From the NCBI GenBank assembly GCA_963843575.1, contig CAWJKZ010000023.1, positions 1 through 64,000 on the forward strand: a DNA stretch of 64,000 nt, read 5' to 3'. The DNA is from an uncultured Acidobacteriota bacterium. Lineage in GTDB: Bacteria > Acidobacteriota > UBA6911. The translations under genes were made by a program, and so were the position numbers. Position 1 is the first letter of the stretch; each line of letters opens with the position of its first letter. Under the pieces are notes generated by a model. It worked only from the letters and a program-made list of their open reading frames with translations, was not told the DNA's origin and did not search any database. Shown here in pieces: positions 9,812-20,131 of the stretch.

Positions 9812-11761
9812 CTACCACATGCGGTCGGGCGGGGTGCTCGTAAGCTGAAAGCCGCCTTCCGTTTGCTCCAGTCGCAGAACTTCCAGATGGATGTTTTCCT
9901 GGGACTCTATTCGCATTCGGCCCAGAAACCCGTCGGCGACATTTTCGAAAATTTCATCGAAGAATCTGGCCTCATGTCCAGCAAAGGTCAAGATCTTCTG
10001 CTGCACCTGCATGCCTGTCTGGTCGAACAAACTTACAGCGAGGGAAAACGGACCGGCAAGATCCCCGGGCGCCCAAGCCAGGCCCGTATTGACGGATGGA
10101 GTTTTCTCGACCGGAAACCAGAACAGTCTCCCAGAAGGAGCCGGAGACGACCCGGTGCAAACTTGGAGCCGGTCATTCGCCCGATAGTGGTAAAAATAGG
10201 CCGTAGCAATATCGTAAATGGTAGAGCCACCGTCCGCATACATTTGCAGGTATCCTGCGCGGGTCAGGGAGTCGCCTGAGAGCCGCAGCCTGACCGTCGA
10301 GCGGGGAGAGATGGAAACCGAGAACGAGCTGGATCCCGTACGTTCGATCCCGTTGAGGCTCCAGAAACCGTGCCACGTCTCGTTGCAGCCCTGCACGAGG
10401 TTGAAATGACCCGACCAATCGACATCCCTCTTATTGCTCAACAGCACTGTGCACTCGTAACCGCCGCCCAGGGCAAGCTGAGGCCACGTCATGCTCGAAG
10501 CGGAGAAGCCTGATACGTGTGGGACCGCGTAATTCTCCGATCGATAGCCTACGACCATCTCCCTTCTGGATAGGTCCGTCGTCGCAGTCCAGAGGGTCTT
10601 GTGGCCGCCCGATGTCTGACGGATTGCATCCATCACTCCCGCGACGTCCGGCACGCTTGAGATCCCTGACCTCAACAGATCCGTGGCGGTCCGATAGCGC
10701 CAACACGTCCCATAAGCGTACTCTTCTCCCTCCTGCAGCGCCGTGTTCGTCAGGACCAGGAAGTTAGAGCGGCGCGGAAAGACGAGCAGGTTCTTGTCCT
10801 TGTCAAAGGCCACGACTACTGATTTTCCTTGAGCGTCGGCAAGCATAAAATGGATAAATCCCGAAGGAAACCAGATCCTGGCTTTCCCGATCAGATTCAA
10901 GGCTTCGTCCACCGTTGCGCAGGTGTCGACAACTGCCCTTATAAGATGATGCGACTCAATTGCGGGCCGGTCAGGATAGGCCGACGTATCACCGTAACCC
11001 GCATATTGCGGCGGGTTGCTCAGCGAGGCCAGGCCCATGAACAGTCCCTTCTCGTTGATTGCATCCATCATCCATTGGTGCAGTTGAAACATCGAGTGGC
11101 CGATCGTTTTGTAGGCGCCGTCCAGGTTGGAGAGAACAAGAAAATGAGGCAAATCGGCCTCGTAATCGAAGTTCCGGCCGATCAGCTGCCGCCTTTCACC
11201 CTCGAGGTAGTCGGAGATGAGACTGCAGCCGACCGTTGGTGCCGATGGAGAGAAGTGCCTGGAGTTGCCGAATTGCTGGTATTTGAACAAGCGCCACCAC
11301 AACTCAGCCTCGAAGGAATACTCCAGATACGTGAAATCCAGGTCGTCGGGACTCATGTCGTATGCCCGAGCGATGCCGCGCGCCTTCTCGAGGTATTGCG
11401 GGTAGATGGACCGATACACTTCCACGATCCGGCGACTCATCTCCGCGTTCGCCCGTCTCGGCATCTGCATGCCGTAGTCCCTGGCGATCCTGCCCACGAG
11501 AAAGCCGAATTCATCATGGGTACCGATGGCGGTGAGTCTCTTTGGAAACAGGCCCGGCGCGATGTTTTCATATTTCACTGTGACTCTGCCAAGTCGCTGC
11601 TCGGCCTGGGAGAGCAGTCGTTTGAAGTCCTCATCGTAGTTTTCGTACAGGTCGTCGGGTTGTCGAGTGCGAGCGGCCGAGAGTGCGGGGACTGGATGGC
11701 TGGACGCCGACATGGAGAACAAGAGTACGGCGACCTGAAATCCCAACCAGCGGGGTATCAT
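9812..11761 (-). CDS. Exported Ntn-hydrolase (C45/choloylglycine hydrolase-like) with a C-terminal accessory domain
   Basis: AGGAGG RBS, signal peptide, G|CS nucleophile site, IGRNFDY, DAINEKGL, HFMLADAQG and LTN motifs; C-terminal WPQLALGGGYECTVLLSN beta-domain. Confidence 0.85.
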   Translation of the reverse strand: MIPRWLGFQVAVLLFSMSASSHPVPALSAARTRQPDDLYENYDEDFKRLLSQAEQRLGRVTVKYENIAPGLFPKRLTAIGTHDEFGFLVGRIARDYGMQMPRRANAEMSRRIVEVYRSIYPQYLEKARGIARAYDMSPDDLDFTYLEYSFEAELWWRLFKYQQFGNSRHFSPSAPTVGCSLISDYLEGERRQLIGRNFDYEADLPHFLVLSNLDGAYKTIGHSMFQLHQWMMDAINEKGLFMGLASLSNPPQYAGYGDTSAYPDRPAIESHHLIRAVVDTCATVDEALNLIGKARIWFPSGFIHFMLADAQGKSVVVAFDKDKNLLVFPRRSNFLVLTNTALQEGEEYAYGTCWRYRTATDLLRSGISSVPDVAGVMDAIRQTSGGHKTLWTATTDLSRREMVVGYRSENYAVPHVSGFSASSMTWPQLALGGGYECTVLLSNKRDVDWSGHFNLVQGCNETWHGFWSLNGIERTGSSSFSVSISPRSTVRLRLSGDSLTRAGYLQMYADGGSTIYDIATAYFYHYRANDRLQVCTGSSPAPSGRLFWFPVEKTPSVNTGLAWAPGDLAGPFSLAVSLFDQTGMQVQQKILTFAGHEARFFDEIFENVADGFLGRMRIESQENIHLEVLRLEQTEGGFQLTSTPPDRMW

Positions 11762-11970
11762 CGAAATCCTCCTTCTGGCCTGGAAACAGATCCGCAGCTG
11801 CGTGTTTGGGCCAATGATACGAAATTGGGGACACAATGTGCATCAAATATCCTGCAAGGATGCCGTTTTGATCGACATCAAGTCCGATCCCTGCAGAATC
11901 CGGCGCCACATGCCGCGCCGGAGACTCGCGCCGGCGCGGCACGTCGCCCGACACTGTGTCAGCAGCCGCT

Positions 11971-12055
11971 ATTTTGAAAAAACAGGGGCAAAAAGCGGAA
12001 ATAAGGCCTGTCGGGGAGCCCTAAAACGAGGGAAGTCGTTGACAGGAATCGGGTT
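11971..12055 (+). repeat. Dispersed A-tract/AATAAGGCC element, copy A
   Basis: gaaaaaac..caaaaagcggaAATAAGGCC..aaaac; similar to 43250-43338 (minus) and 58128-58216. Confidence 0.5.
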
Positions 12056-12110
12056 CTCCGGGTCCCTATCTGATTGGGCCCGGGGAGTCATTAGCGCACG
12101 GTCACGCCGA

Positions 12111-12200
12111 GGGAGGAATACTTTTGAGAAAGCAGCTCGCGGGGGGGAATACTTCTGAAAAACTCAGCCTCGAGGGGTCCCATACTTTCGAAAACCTACA
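12111..12200 (+). repeat. Three imperfect tandem repeats of about 30 bp
   Basis: gggaggaatacttttgagaaa / gggggggaatacttctgaaaaa / gaggggtcccatactttcgaaaa. Confidence 0.55.
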
Positions 12201-12310
12201 CTGCAACCGAGGCACAGGCCGATAGAATTGTGCAGGCCCTATGTTTTGTGGCCAGCGAGGGTAGAATCAAAACCATAGTATGCGATTCTGCTGACCGGAA
12301 GGAGGACTCT

Positions 12311-12730
12311 ATGTCATTCAATCTATCAGACATTAAATGGGGGTGGGTAGCCCTCGGGGTGGTCATCGCCTTCGCCATCGCCTTGGGAAGTTCGACCTGT
12401 GTGGTCACGGGATATGCCACCTATCTCGCTTTCAAAGTAAGGGGAACCCCTGATCAGGCGTTGATCAACGCCTTCGCGTCCAATACGGCAGAGGGAGTGC
12501 AGAGTATTCTCATCGGCGTGGGTACACTCGTTGGTGGATTCTTCGCGGGGCGTAAGGCCAAAGTGAATGCGCTGCAAAACGGTCTGGCGGTTGGCCTCAT
12601 CTCAGCCCTCATAAGCCTGGCGCTCAATTTGTTGGGCAGCTTCCACCTCTGGACGGTCGTGAGTGCTGTTCTCGCCATCTGCGGAAGCTGGGTCGGCGGG
12701 CGACTTGCCAGCAAGCGAGCTTCAGCCTGA
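12311..12730 (+). CDS. Small 4-TM membrane protein (TIGR04086-like)
   Basis: GGAGG RBS before ATG 12311; four hydrophobic segments and GGFFAGRKAKVNALQNGLAVG. Confidence 0.75.
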   Translation: MSFNLSDIKWGWVALGVVIAFAIALGSSTCVVTGYATYLAFKVRGTPDQALINAFASNTAEGVQSILIGVGTLVGGFFAGRKAKVNALQNGLAVGLISALISLALNLLGSFHLWTVVSAVLAICGSWVGGRLASKRASA

Positions 12731-12819
12731 TAGGTAAAATAAACGGGGTCTTCTCGTTGAGGGTCTCGCAAAATGATTGCGAGCAAGTGGTGGGTTTATC
12801 GGATTTGTGTCCTTTCCTG

Positions 12820-12885
12820 CCTAATCCTGGACCGGTTTCACATCGCCATGCACATGAATAAGGCCATCGACGAAGTTCGGGCAAG
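12820..12885 (+). mobile_element. ISL3-family transposase remnant
   Basis: LILDRFHIAMHMNKAIDEVRA is the DRFH...N.A.D.VR signature of ISL3 transposases. Confidence 0.7.
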
Positions 12886-12987
12886 AGCATTCCCTACCGA
12901 CTTTGTTGAGCTACCACCAGGCACTTCAAATTCTTCTGGTCGCGTATCAGCAGCTTGCCGTCAACAAGTGCTATGGGAGCCCAGTTT

Positions 12988-14185
12988 TCACCCTGGCTCC
13001 AGCAGCTCGGCGCTGGCCAGCGGCTTGAAACCGGACGGGTCAGGCTCGATAAGATACAGCATCTTGTTGCCGTCAGTGCTCAGCAGCAGACCGTCGGCGA
13101 GGATTGAACCGCCCTTATTGAAGGCCGGCTCGTCGCCTGTTTTCCACTTGATCTGGCCGTCCATGCTCATACATACCAGTCCATCGCTTCGCTCGTTGAT
13201 CGTGTACTGGGCATAGAAATGGTCTTTATACAGAATCGGCGGCTGTGTGTGGGCGCCGAAGTTGACGTTCTTGAATAGTTCTGTAACTCCGTAGCTGCCG
13301 TCTGCTTTCTTTTGAACCTTTATCATGGCGGCGCCTGCGTTATATCCGCCCGTGATGAGCACCCGTCCTTCACCGGCATCGACCGCATGCGGAACGGGAA
13401 TTCCGCACTGCCAGTTGCTGTACGTCCACAGAACTTTTCCGCTAAGCGGGTCGAGGCCGTTGACGCTGCCGCCGCTGGCGTTGCGGCCAAATCCCATGCC
13501 GGCCATTATCATAACCAGGTGGTCGTCTCCGCCGACTTTGACTATGGACGGGCTGACATATCCGACACCGCCGGACAGAGCAGGTGATTTCCATTTAAGC
13601 TCACCTGTCAGTTTGTCATATGCGACCACACTCGCCTGGGATGTTTGCGATGCCACGATAAGCAGATTGCGGTAAATCAAGGGATTCTGAGTTATTGCCC
13701 ACCTGGGCAGCTGACCGCCGCCGAAATCCTTCCAGATATTTTTGTTCCAGACGGGTTTGTGTGTGCTTGTGTTGATGCAATACAGGTCTCCCAGCTGGTC
13801 CGCAGGTATAGACATTATTACCATCCACAGTCGGAGTGGTTCGCGAGCCGGGATGATCAAACCTGCCCGGGGCATCATAGGCAAAGTTCCAAAGCTCCTT
13901 GCCGTTGGAAAAGTCGAAACATCTCAGGTTGTCCCCGACCTTGTCGTCTCTGTCGAGCAGATAGACCTTGCCGCCACTGACGGCCGGACCGCCATAGCCG
14001 ATGCCAACAGGAGCCGTCCAGAGGACCTTCGGGCCTTCCTTTGGCCAGGTTCGCAATAAGCCCTTCTCCGTGGATGTGCTGTCTCTTTTGGGTCCAAAAT
14101 ATCCTGGCCAATCCGCAGCAAAGGCGCAGGCTACGGATAATGAGACGATTACCGTTATGAGTTTTACCTTGGCTTTCATTGGCAT
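12988..14185 (-). pseudogene. PQQ-like beta-propeller (BamB-family) protein with a frameshift near 13800 and probably a truncated C-terminus
   Basis: Signal peptide + ADWPGYFGPKRD...VLW...GYGGPAV in one frame, continuing as LGDLYC...VW in another; ends at LASAELLEPG, about 100 bp from the ISL3 remnant. Confidence 0.8.
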
Positions 14186-14267
14186 GGCTCCTTTTCCATT
14201 GAACAGAATAATGTCAGCACTTGCAGATTCTTCACATAGGACTACAGCCTTCCGGCACCAATTCCCG

Positions 14268-15692
14268 TTACTTTTCAGATCCACCAGCACTCCCGGCAAT
14301 GGCATAGAGCTCCGAGCGCGTCATGATGTAGAGCACCCCGTTGGCAGGCACGGGCGTGCTGTAGACCGAGTTCCCCATATCGATCTCGGAGATCTTCTTC
14401 ATCTCCGTGCCGGCCTTGAGGACGGCAACATCTCCGTCCTGATCGCCGAGGTAGACCTTGCCGTCAGCCACCAGCGGAGAACCCCAAACCGGGGCCATCA
14501 TGTCAAAAGTCCAATAGGGTTTTCCGGTCTTGACATCCAGGCAGTGCAAAATCCCTTTGAAATCGGAGATATAAACCAATCCGTCGGCGACCGCCGCTGT
14601 CGAAATGGACCGGCTGATTTTGTCGTACTGCCAGACCCGGCCTGATTCGGTTATGTCGCCTCGCTGGGCGGGATCGATACAATACGTGTGTCCGACTCCG
14701 TTGCCGTGATCCGGATCCTGCCCCACACTCATGAACACTTTGCCCCCGCTGAATACGGGCGTGGAAATGCCGTAGTTGCGTGTCTTGGGCCACACGGCGT
14801 CTTTGGGATTCAAATCGAATTTCCAGAGTTTTTCTCCGGTTCGGGCGTTGAAGCCGTAGATCCAGCCGTCACCTCCCGGGAAGAACACCTGCTGAACTCC
14901 ATCCACCTGGCCGAGAGCCGGGGAGGACCACTGGCCGTGCAGGATGCCTTCACCCGGAGAATTGTCCTGCCACACGACCTTGCCGGTGTTTTTGTTGACG
15001 GCGATAAAGCTGGGAGCTTTCGGCGCAGGGATCTTCTCGTCATTGCCGTCGCGGCCGTTGGAGGTCCCGAGGAAGACCAGATCCTCCCAAATGACCGGTG
15101 ATGAACTGGCCATGAAAAGCTGGACCACGCCCAGTTCCTTCATCATATCGAGCTTCCAGATGATGTCGGCATCGGTTGGCCCTTTGTGGACCTCATCCTG
15201 GAAAGGACCGTCGTTCTTGCCGTCCATGAATCCTTCTGTGTCCAGGCAAATCAGCTCCCCGCGGTTGCTCACATAATAGAGCCGCTTCCCTTCCACGGCC
15301 GGGGATGAGCAGACGCCCTGTTCGGGCCAGTCGTTTTCCCATCCGGAATCCAGCTTGTCCGTCACGGCCTGCCAGAGAAATTTGCCGTCGGACTCCCGGA
15401 AGCACATGAGCACACCCTTGTCGCCCTTGATTTCAGGATTCCTGGGATTTTCATTGTTGGTGCCGAGGAAAATCTTCCCATCGGCCACTACCGGATTTCC
15501 GTACGAGGTCGAACCGATCTGCGCCTTCCATTTTATGTTTTTCCCGCTTTTGACATCCCAGAACTCCGGGAGGTTTTTCATGGCCGAAGTCATGTTGCGT
15601 TGCGCCGTGCCGCCCCACATCGGCCAGTCTTGAGAAACCAGCGGCAACGAGGCTATGCCGGAGAGCATGAGACACAGAACACCACCTTTCAT
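14268..15692 (-). CDS. PQQ-like beta-propeller repeat protein, exported
   Basis: Signal peptide, DWPMWGG, NIKWKAQIGSTSYGNPVVADGKIF and repeated SSP/GKVVW blades. Confidence 0.9.
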   Translation of the reverse strand: MKGGVLCLMLSGIASLPLVSQDWPMWGGTAQRNMTSAMKNLPEFWDVKSGKNIKWKAQIGSTSYGNPVVADGKIFLGTNNENPRNPEIKGDKGVLMCFRESDGKFLWQAVTDKLDSGWENDWPEQGVCSSPAVEGKRLYYVSNRGELICLDTEGFMDGKNDGPFQDEVHKGPTDADIIWKLDMMKELGVVQLFMASSSPVIWEDLVFLGTSNGRDGNDEKIPAPKAPSFIAVNKNTGKVVWQDNSPGEGILHGQWSSPALGQVDGVQQVFFPGGDGWIYGFNARTGEKLWKFDLNPKDAVWPKTRNYGISTPVFSGGKVFMSVGQDPDHGNGVGHTYCIDPAQRGDITESGRVWQYDKISRSISTAAVADGLVYISDFKGILHCLDVKTGKPYWTFDMMAPVWGSPLVADGKVYLGDQDGDVAVLKAGTEMKKISEIDMGNSVYSTPVPANGVLYIMTRSELYAIAGSAGGSEK

Positions 15693-16597
15693 GCGTAAGC
15701 TCCTGTTCCGTCGCTGGGGAAGGTGGGCAGCACGATGGCCGGCGCCAACCGCGACCGTCTCGATAATCTCGTGGTGCCCAGGCATCGCGTGCACCCGAAA
15801 GACAATTATACCCTGCATCTTGTGGACTCGCGCGGTCCGTGTCTCTGTCGGACGGACTTTCTTCCTGGTGGAGCCGGGAGTGAAACGAAGGGACCCGCTC
15901 ACGCCCTCGGTGGGATCCGCGAGCCGTCCCGCCAGGCCACATACAACTCTCCAGCCTCCCGGCTGGTGAACCTATGAGCGGCTGACGCGCAGGCCACGGC
16001 TTTGCATCTTCCGGGTTGACGCGCACCCCCGGCACCGGGAACCTCATGGCGACGAGCGCGGTAATCTCGCCGCGGCGGCCTTTTTCCTGCGCGGAGCGGG
16101 GCAGGGGTCGACCGCCGAAGCTCGGGGGGTATGCGACTGCTCACTCGATTTCGACCCACCGGATGTCCCACGGCTTGAGCCGCAGAGGCACATCGCCCAG
16201 CGCCTCGGCGCGGCCGAAGGTTGTGTCCATAGTGGGCTTTCGGGCGCTCGGCGGCGCCGTTCAATAATGGGCAACGAGAGTTGTCCGTCTTTCCGTCGGA
16301 TTCGGGATGCGAACCCACTCCTTCGCGGGATCGAGGTCGCTCCACGAGACCTCATGACGGGCATCCCTGATCCTGTTTCGCCCGCCGGGCCACACGATAT
16401 CCCCTGCGGCGCCAGATGCGTGCAAGTTGAGATCCGTGGAAACCCGCGACAATCCCTGTTCCATCCGAGATGGGCGCCGCTCCGGCGCGATGCGCTGGGC
16501 AAGCCGTTTCTTTCGGACGCGGATCGACACAATCGGATCCAGAACCAAGGCCCTGGCGACAGGCCGCGTCGTTCTGCCCTGTCCGGCTCACGCGTCC

Positions 16598-17848
16598 TCA
16601 ACCGTTTTGAGTATCTCCGGTGTATTCGATGCCCAGCATGGAAAGGTCATCGGAAAATCGGTGGTTTTTGCGCCACGACTTGAGAGTGTCCAGCAGATTG
16701 TCGAGAGTGCTCTGAATAGATAGGGATCGGCTGGCGACGACTGCATTCAAGAGGCCTCCGGCGCCGTACTCTTGGCCGCTGCTGTCGGACGCCTCGGTGA
16801 AACCGTCGGTGTAGAGAAAAAGCCGGTCGCCCGGACCGAGGACAATCGACTGCTCCTCATATTCCACATCCGGGAACAAGCCGATTGGAAATCCCTGATT
16901 GGGAAGCAAGAACGGCCCGCCGTCACGCGGCAGAACCAGCGGGGCCGGATGCCCTGCCGAGACATACCGGAACTGCCCGCTGCGCAGATCGAGGATTCCG
17001 TAGATCATGCTGAAATACTGCAAGTTCTCGCTCTCCATGGGGAAACGCCGGTTGAGTTGCTTCGCGACTTCGGATGGGGAGCCGATGTCAAGGCGCGACG
17101 CGCTCCGAGGATCCTGAGGTGAGGCCTGAAGTGGTGGAGGCAAGTATGCGAGCAGGTGGTGGAGCGTGACGGACAGAAGGGCAGCACCTACGCCATGTCC
17201 GGACACGTCGATGACGTAGAGCACGACGCGCTCGCCGTCCAGCGGAATGAAGCTCAGGGTGTCCCCAGCCAGTTCCTCGCAGGGGTGAAAAATCCAGGAC
17301 AGGTTTGCACCGCGCAACGAGACGTAGGCCGGCGGCAGGAGGGTCCGCTGAATGCGCGCCGCCATCTCCAGTTCCGTCTTCATCCTGCGGTTGGCGACTT
17401 CCAGCTCCTCCTTGGCCCGGCGCAGAGCGTCCTCCGCGTTCTTCCTCGCCGTGATGTCGGTCTGCACGCCGATATAATGCGTCACCCTCTGATCCGCGTC
17501 CCTGATCGGTGTGATCGACAGCCGATTCCAAAAGGGCGTGCCGTCCTTGCGATAATTCAAAATCTCGACCACGCACTCCCGCTGCTCTCGCAGAGCGCGC
17601 CGGATTTCTTCCACAGCCGCGGGGTCCGCTCCGGGTCCCTGAAGGAAGCGGCAGTTTTTGCCGATGATCGACTCGACAGAGTAACCTGTCAGCCGTTCGA
17701 AACCGGAGTTGGCATAAATCAGAGGATTATCGGGGAGCCGCGCATCCGAAATGGTGATCCCCTCGGCGGCGGCCGAGAGCGCCCTGTCCTTGAGTGCCAA
17801 TTGCTCTGCCCGCCGGTATTCGTTGAGTTGGGATTTTTTGCTCGTCAT
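16598..17848 (-). CDS. LOV domain-SpoIIE/PP2C serine phosphatase
   Basis: DNPLIYAN..F..LTGY, GKNCRFLQ, NYRKDGTPFWN and IGVQTDIT (LOV); coiled coil; GD, DVSGHG, SAGH, YTDG and DD (PP2C). Confidence 0.92.
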   Translation of the reverse strand: MTSKKSQLNEYRRAEQLALKDRALSAAAEGITISDARLPDNPLIYANSGFERLTGYSVESIIGKNCRFLQGPGADPAAVEEIRRALREQRECVVEILNYRKDGTPFWNRLSITPIRDADQRVTHYIGVQTDITARKNAEDALRRAKEELEVANRRMKTELEMAARIQRTLLPPAYVSLRGANLSWIFHPCEELAGDTLSFIPLDGERVVLYVIDVSGHGVGAALLSVTLHHLLAYLPPPLQASPQDPRSASRLDIGSPSEVAKQLNRRFPMESENLQYFSMIYGILDLRSGQFRYVSAGHPAPLVLPRDGGPFLLPNQGFPIGLFPDVEYEEQSIVLGPGDRLFLYTDGFTEASDSSGQEYGAGGLLNAVVASRSLSIQSTLDNLLDTLKSWRKNHRFSDDLSMLGIEYTGDTQNG

Positions 17849-18232
17849 GGTCTCTGTTTTCCCGCCCGCGCTTGATTCTTCTCCCCAGGCCGTTGGTCGG
17901 TCGGAAGCCGCTTCTCCCCTTGCTTCCACCCGGCCACGTTCGCTGAATTGTTCATTATAGCCTGCGTCATGATGACAGGGGCCAGGCACCCTGGTGATTC
18001 CTTCACGATCTGTTGTCAGCGCTCTTCGTGCTCACGCGCGAAGGTAAGGCGTGAGCAGGTGCCGGTTGCAGAAACACGCCCGCACGCGTCCCGTCCCATC
18101 GCTCGGACATCCGACCCCCGGGTGGCAGGGCAGAGTGCTTTGGATCATGACCGCGGACAGCGGGCGCCATGCTATGCTTGCGTCGGTCGCGGAATTTAGC
18201 GGTCGAGCGATTCCGTCGGACGGGGAATTCCC

Positions 18233-19003
18233 ATGGCGCATCTCATACTTGTCCAGCTCGCGGTAGCCGCGCTTTATGCGGGCCTCTGGTTTATGATCGC
18301 ACTGAAACTGCGGCGGAACGACGTGGCGGATATCGCGTGGGGCGCCGATTTTATCGTTCTCGCCCTTGCCGGCCAGTTCACGGTGGCGGCGGTGTCGATC
18401 CGCGGACTACTCGTCCTGGCGCTCCTGACCGCCTGGGGCTTGCGCCTCTCGTTGCACATCGGCCTGCGGAATCGGGGAAAACCCGAAGACCCGCGCTACC
18501 GCGAATGGCGCGAAGAATGGGGTGCGCACGCGAGCGTGCGGGCGTTCTTCCAGGTGTTCCTGCTCCAGGGTTTCCTGGCCGTCGTTATCCTCCTCCCCGC
18601 GACCTACATCCTGGCTCATCGAAGCTCTGATTTCACCTGGATCGACGCACTCGGCGCCGCGGTCTGGCTGGTGGGTTTTGGTTTCGAGGTCGTCGGAGAC
18701 CTGCAGCTGGCTCGATTCAAGAATGATCCGGGCAACCGCGGGCGGGTCATCACCTCGGGGCTCTGGAAATACACGCGCCATCCCAACTACTTCGGCGAGG
18801 TGACGCTGTGGTGGGGCCTCTGGCTGATGGCGTGCTCAATTCCCGGCGGCTGGAGAACCGTTTTGGGTCCGGCCACGATCACCTGGTTGATCCTGTTCGT
18901 GTCGGGTATCCCGCTCCTCGAAAAGAAATACGAGGGAATCGTCGAGTTCAAAGAGTACCGGGGGCGGACAAGTGCTTTCTTCCCGTTTCCACCCAGGCGT
19001 TGA
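18233..19003 (+). CDS. DUF1295 / steroid 5-alpha-reductase-like membrane protein
   Basis: DIAWG, EDPRY, GDLQLARFK, GLWKYTRHPNYFGE and SGIPLLE motifs. Confidence 0.92.
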   Translation: MAHLILVQLAVAALYAGLWFMIALKLRRNDVADIAWGADFIVLALAGQFTVAAVSIRGLLVLALLTAWGLRLSLHIGLRNRGKPEDPRYREWREEWGAHASVRAFFQVFLLQGFLAVVILLPATYILAHRSSDFTWIDALGAAVWLVGFGFEVVGDLQLARFKNDPGNRGRVITSGLWKYTRHPNYFGEVTLWWGLWLMACSIPGGWRTVLGPATITWLILFVSGIPLLEKKYEGIVEFKEYRGRTSAFFPFPPRR

Positions 19004-19100
19004 TGGGGTCATTCCGGCGGCATTCTGTAAAGTTGTTTTGTCCTGCCGCCCCTGTCGGCTGCTCTCGATTGTGCCCGTCGCGGATCTGCGCATCGGGCGC

Positions 19101-19210
19101 ATGCCGTCCATGATATACCTCGATCCGACCGAACTGGAACCGCTGTTCCGGGGACGAGCGCCCTGGCCCGTCGGTCGGCCGAATCCCGCTCGGTTCCTGC
19201 GGCGTGACTG
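19101..19210 (+). pseudogene. DUF1365 N-terminal remnant
   Basis: MIYLDPTELEPLF...W.VGRPNPARFLRRD resembles the YLDLDEL...RF.RRDY segment of DUF1365; context between DUF1295 and DUF2878 fits. Confidence 0.5.
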
Positions 19211-19356
19211 CGACATCGATGCGGTGCGCGCGCTCGGGTGTCCCGGCCGCCTGATCCGTTTGCGGGAGTATATCTTCGTTGGTGTGAAGGGGCATTCCCG
19301 GGGCGCCGCATCTGCGGCCTCCCAATGACCTTCATCAAGCCCGGTCGTGACAGATT

Positions 19357-19804
19357 ATGCGTCCGTTCGTGAACTTCGTCGCTTTTCAGATAGGATGGTT
19401 CGCGGCCGTGGTGGGCGCGGGCCATGGCAGGCCTTGGCTCGGCGTGGTTGTCGTTCCATTGGTCCTCCTCGTCCATCTGGTGCTTTCCGCAGACCGGAGG
19501 CAGGAGCTGCTCGTTGCGCTTGCCGCGGCCGTTCAGCCCACTTTGGATGGTCATGCTCTGGGTGAATCAGGCGACCACCCTGAATTCCTGCATGGCATGG
19601 TTGCGTGGGCACTATCTGGCGGGCTCCCTTTTCGGCGCGGTCGGGGGACCTCTCGCCTATCTCGGCGGCGCGAAGCTTGGCGCAGCCACCCTCCCCTCAA
19701 CCCACGGCCTCGTCATCCTGGGGATTACGTGGGCGGGCGCTTTCCCGGCACTGCTGGCGCTGGCCGAGCTCGTGCGCAGGTGCCTGGCTGCGCGCAAGGA
19801 ATGA
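19357..19804 (+). pseudogene. DUF2878-family membrane protein with internal deletion/frameshift near 19530
   Basis: VNFVAFQIGWFAAV...VHL in one frame, PLWMVMLW..ATTLN....WL...LFGAVGGPLAYLGGAKLGA in another; the usual intervening helix is missing. Confidence 0.8.
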
Positions 19805-20131
19805 TAAGGGGGCGAGCGGAGACGATTCGACGCGCCTAATGCTGCGGCGTTCGTGGTGGATGGCCAGGAACGGAGACGGAGGCGGCCGCCGCCCGGAACG
19901 CGCGAGCTACGTCGCGGATGAACCGTCGGGCTGGGAGATTGGCCAAACGATGGCGCATGGATCTCGCTTGATGACATGGGCGGGATCCGGGTGTCGCGGA
20001 CACAATCTTGCGGCGATCACGTGCACGCGAAGGTTGACGCCTGATAGTCGAGCGGCTGGTCAAGCGGTTTGTGCGACATCTTTGCCGAGAACATGAATAC
20101 AATCCTATCGGATTGGAGGGCAGAATCCACC

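Noticed and set aside
15700-16597. Several overlapping short ORFs between the PQQ gene and the LOV phosphatase
   Set aside because: No recognisable motif or RBS-supported start; possibly decayed coding sequence, but not assignable.
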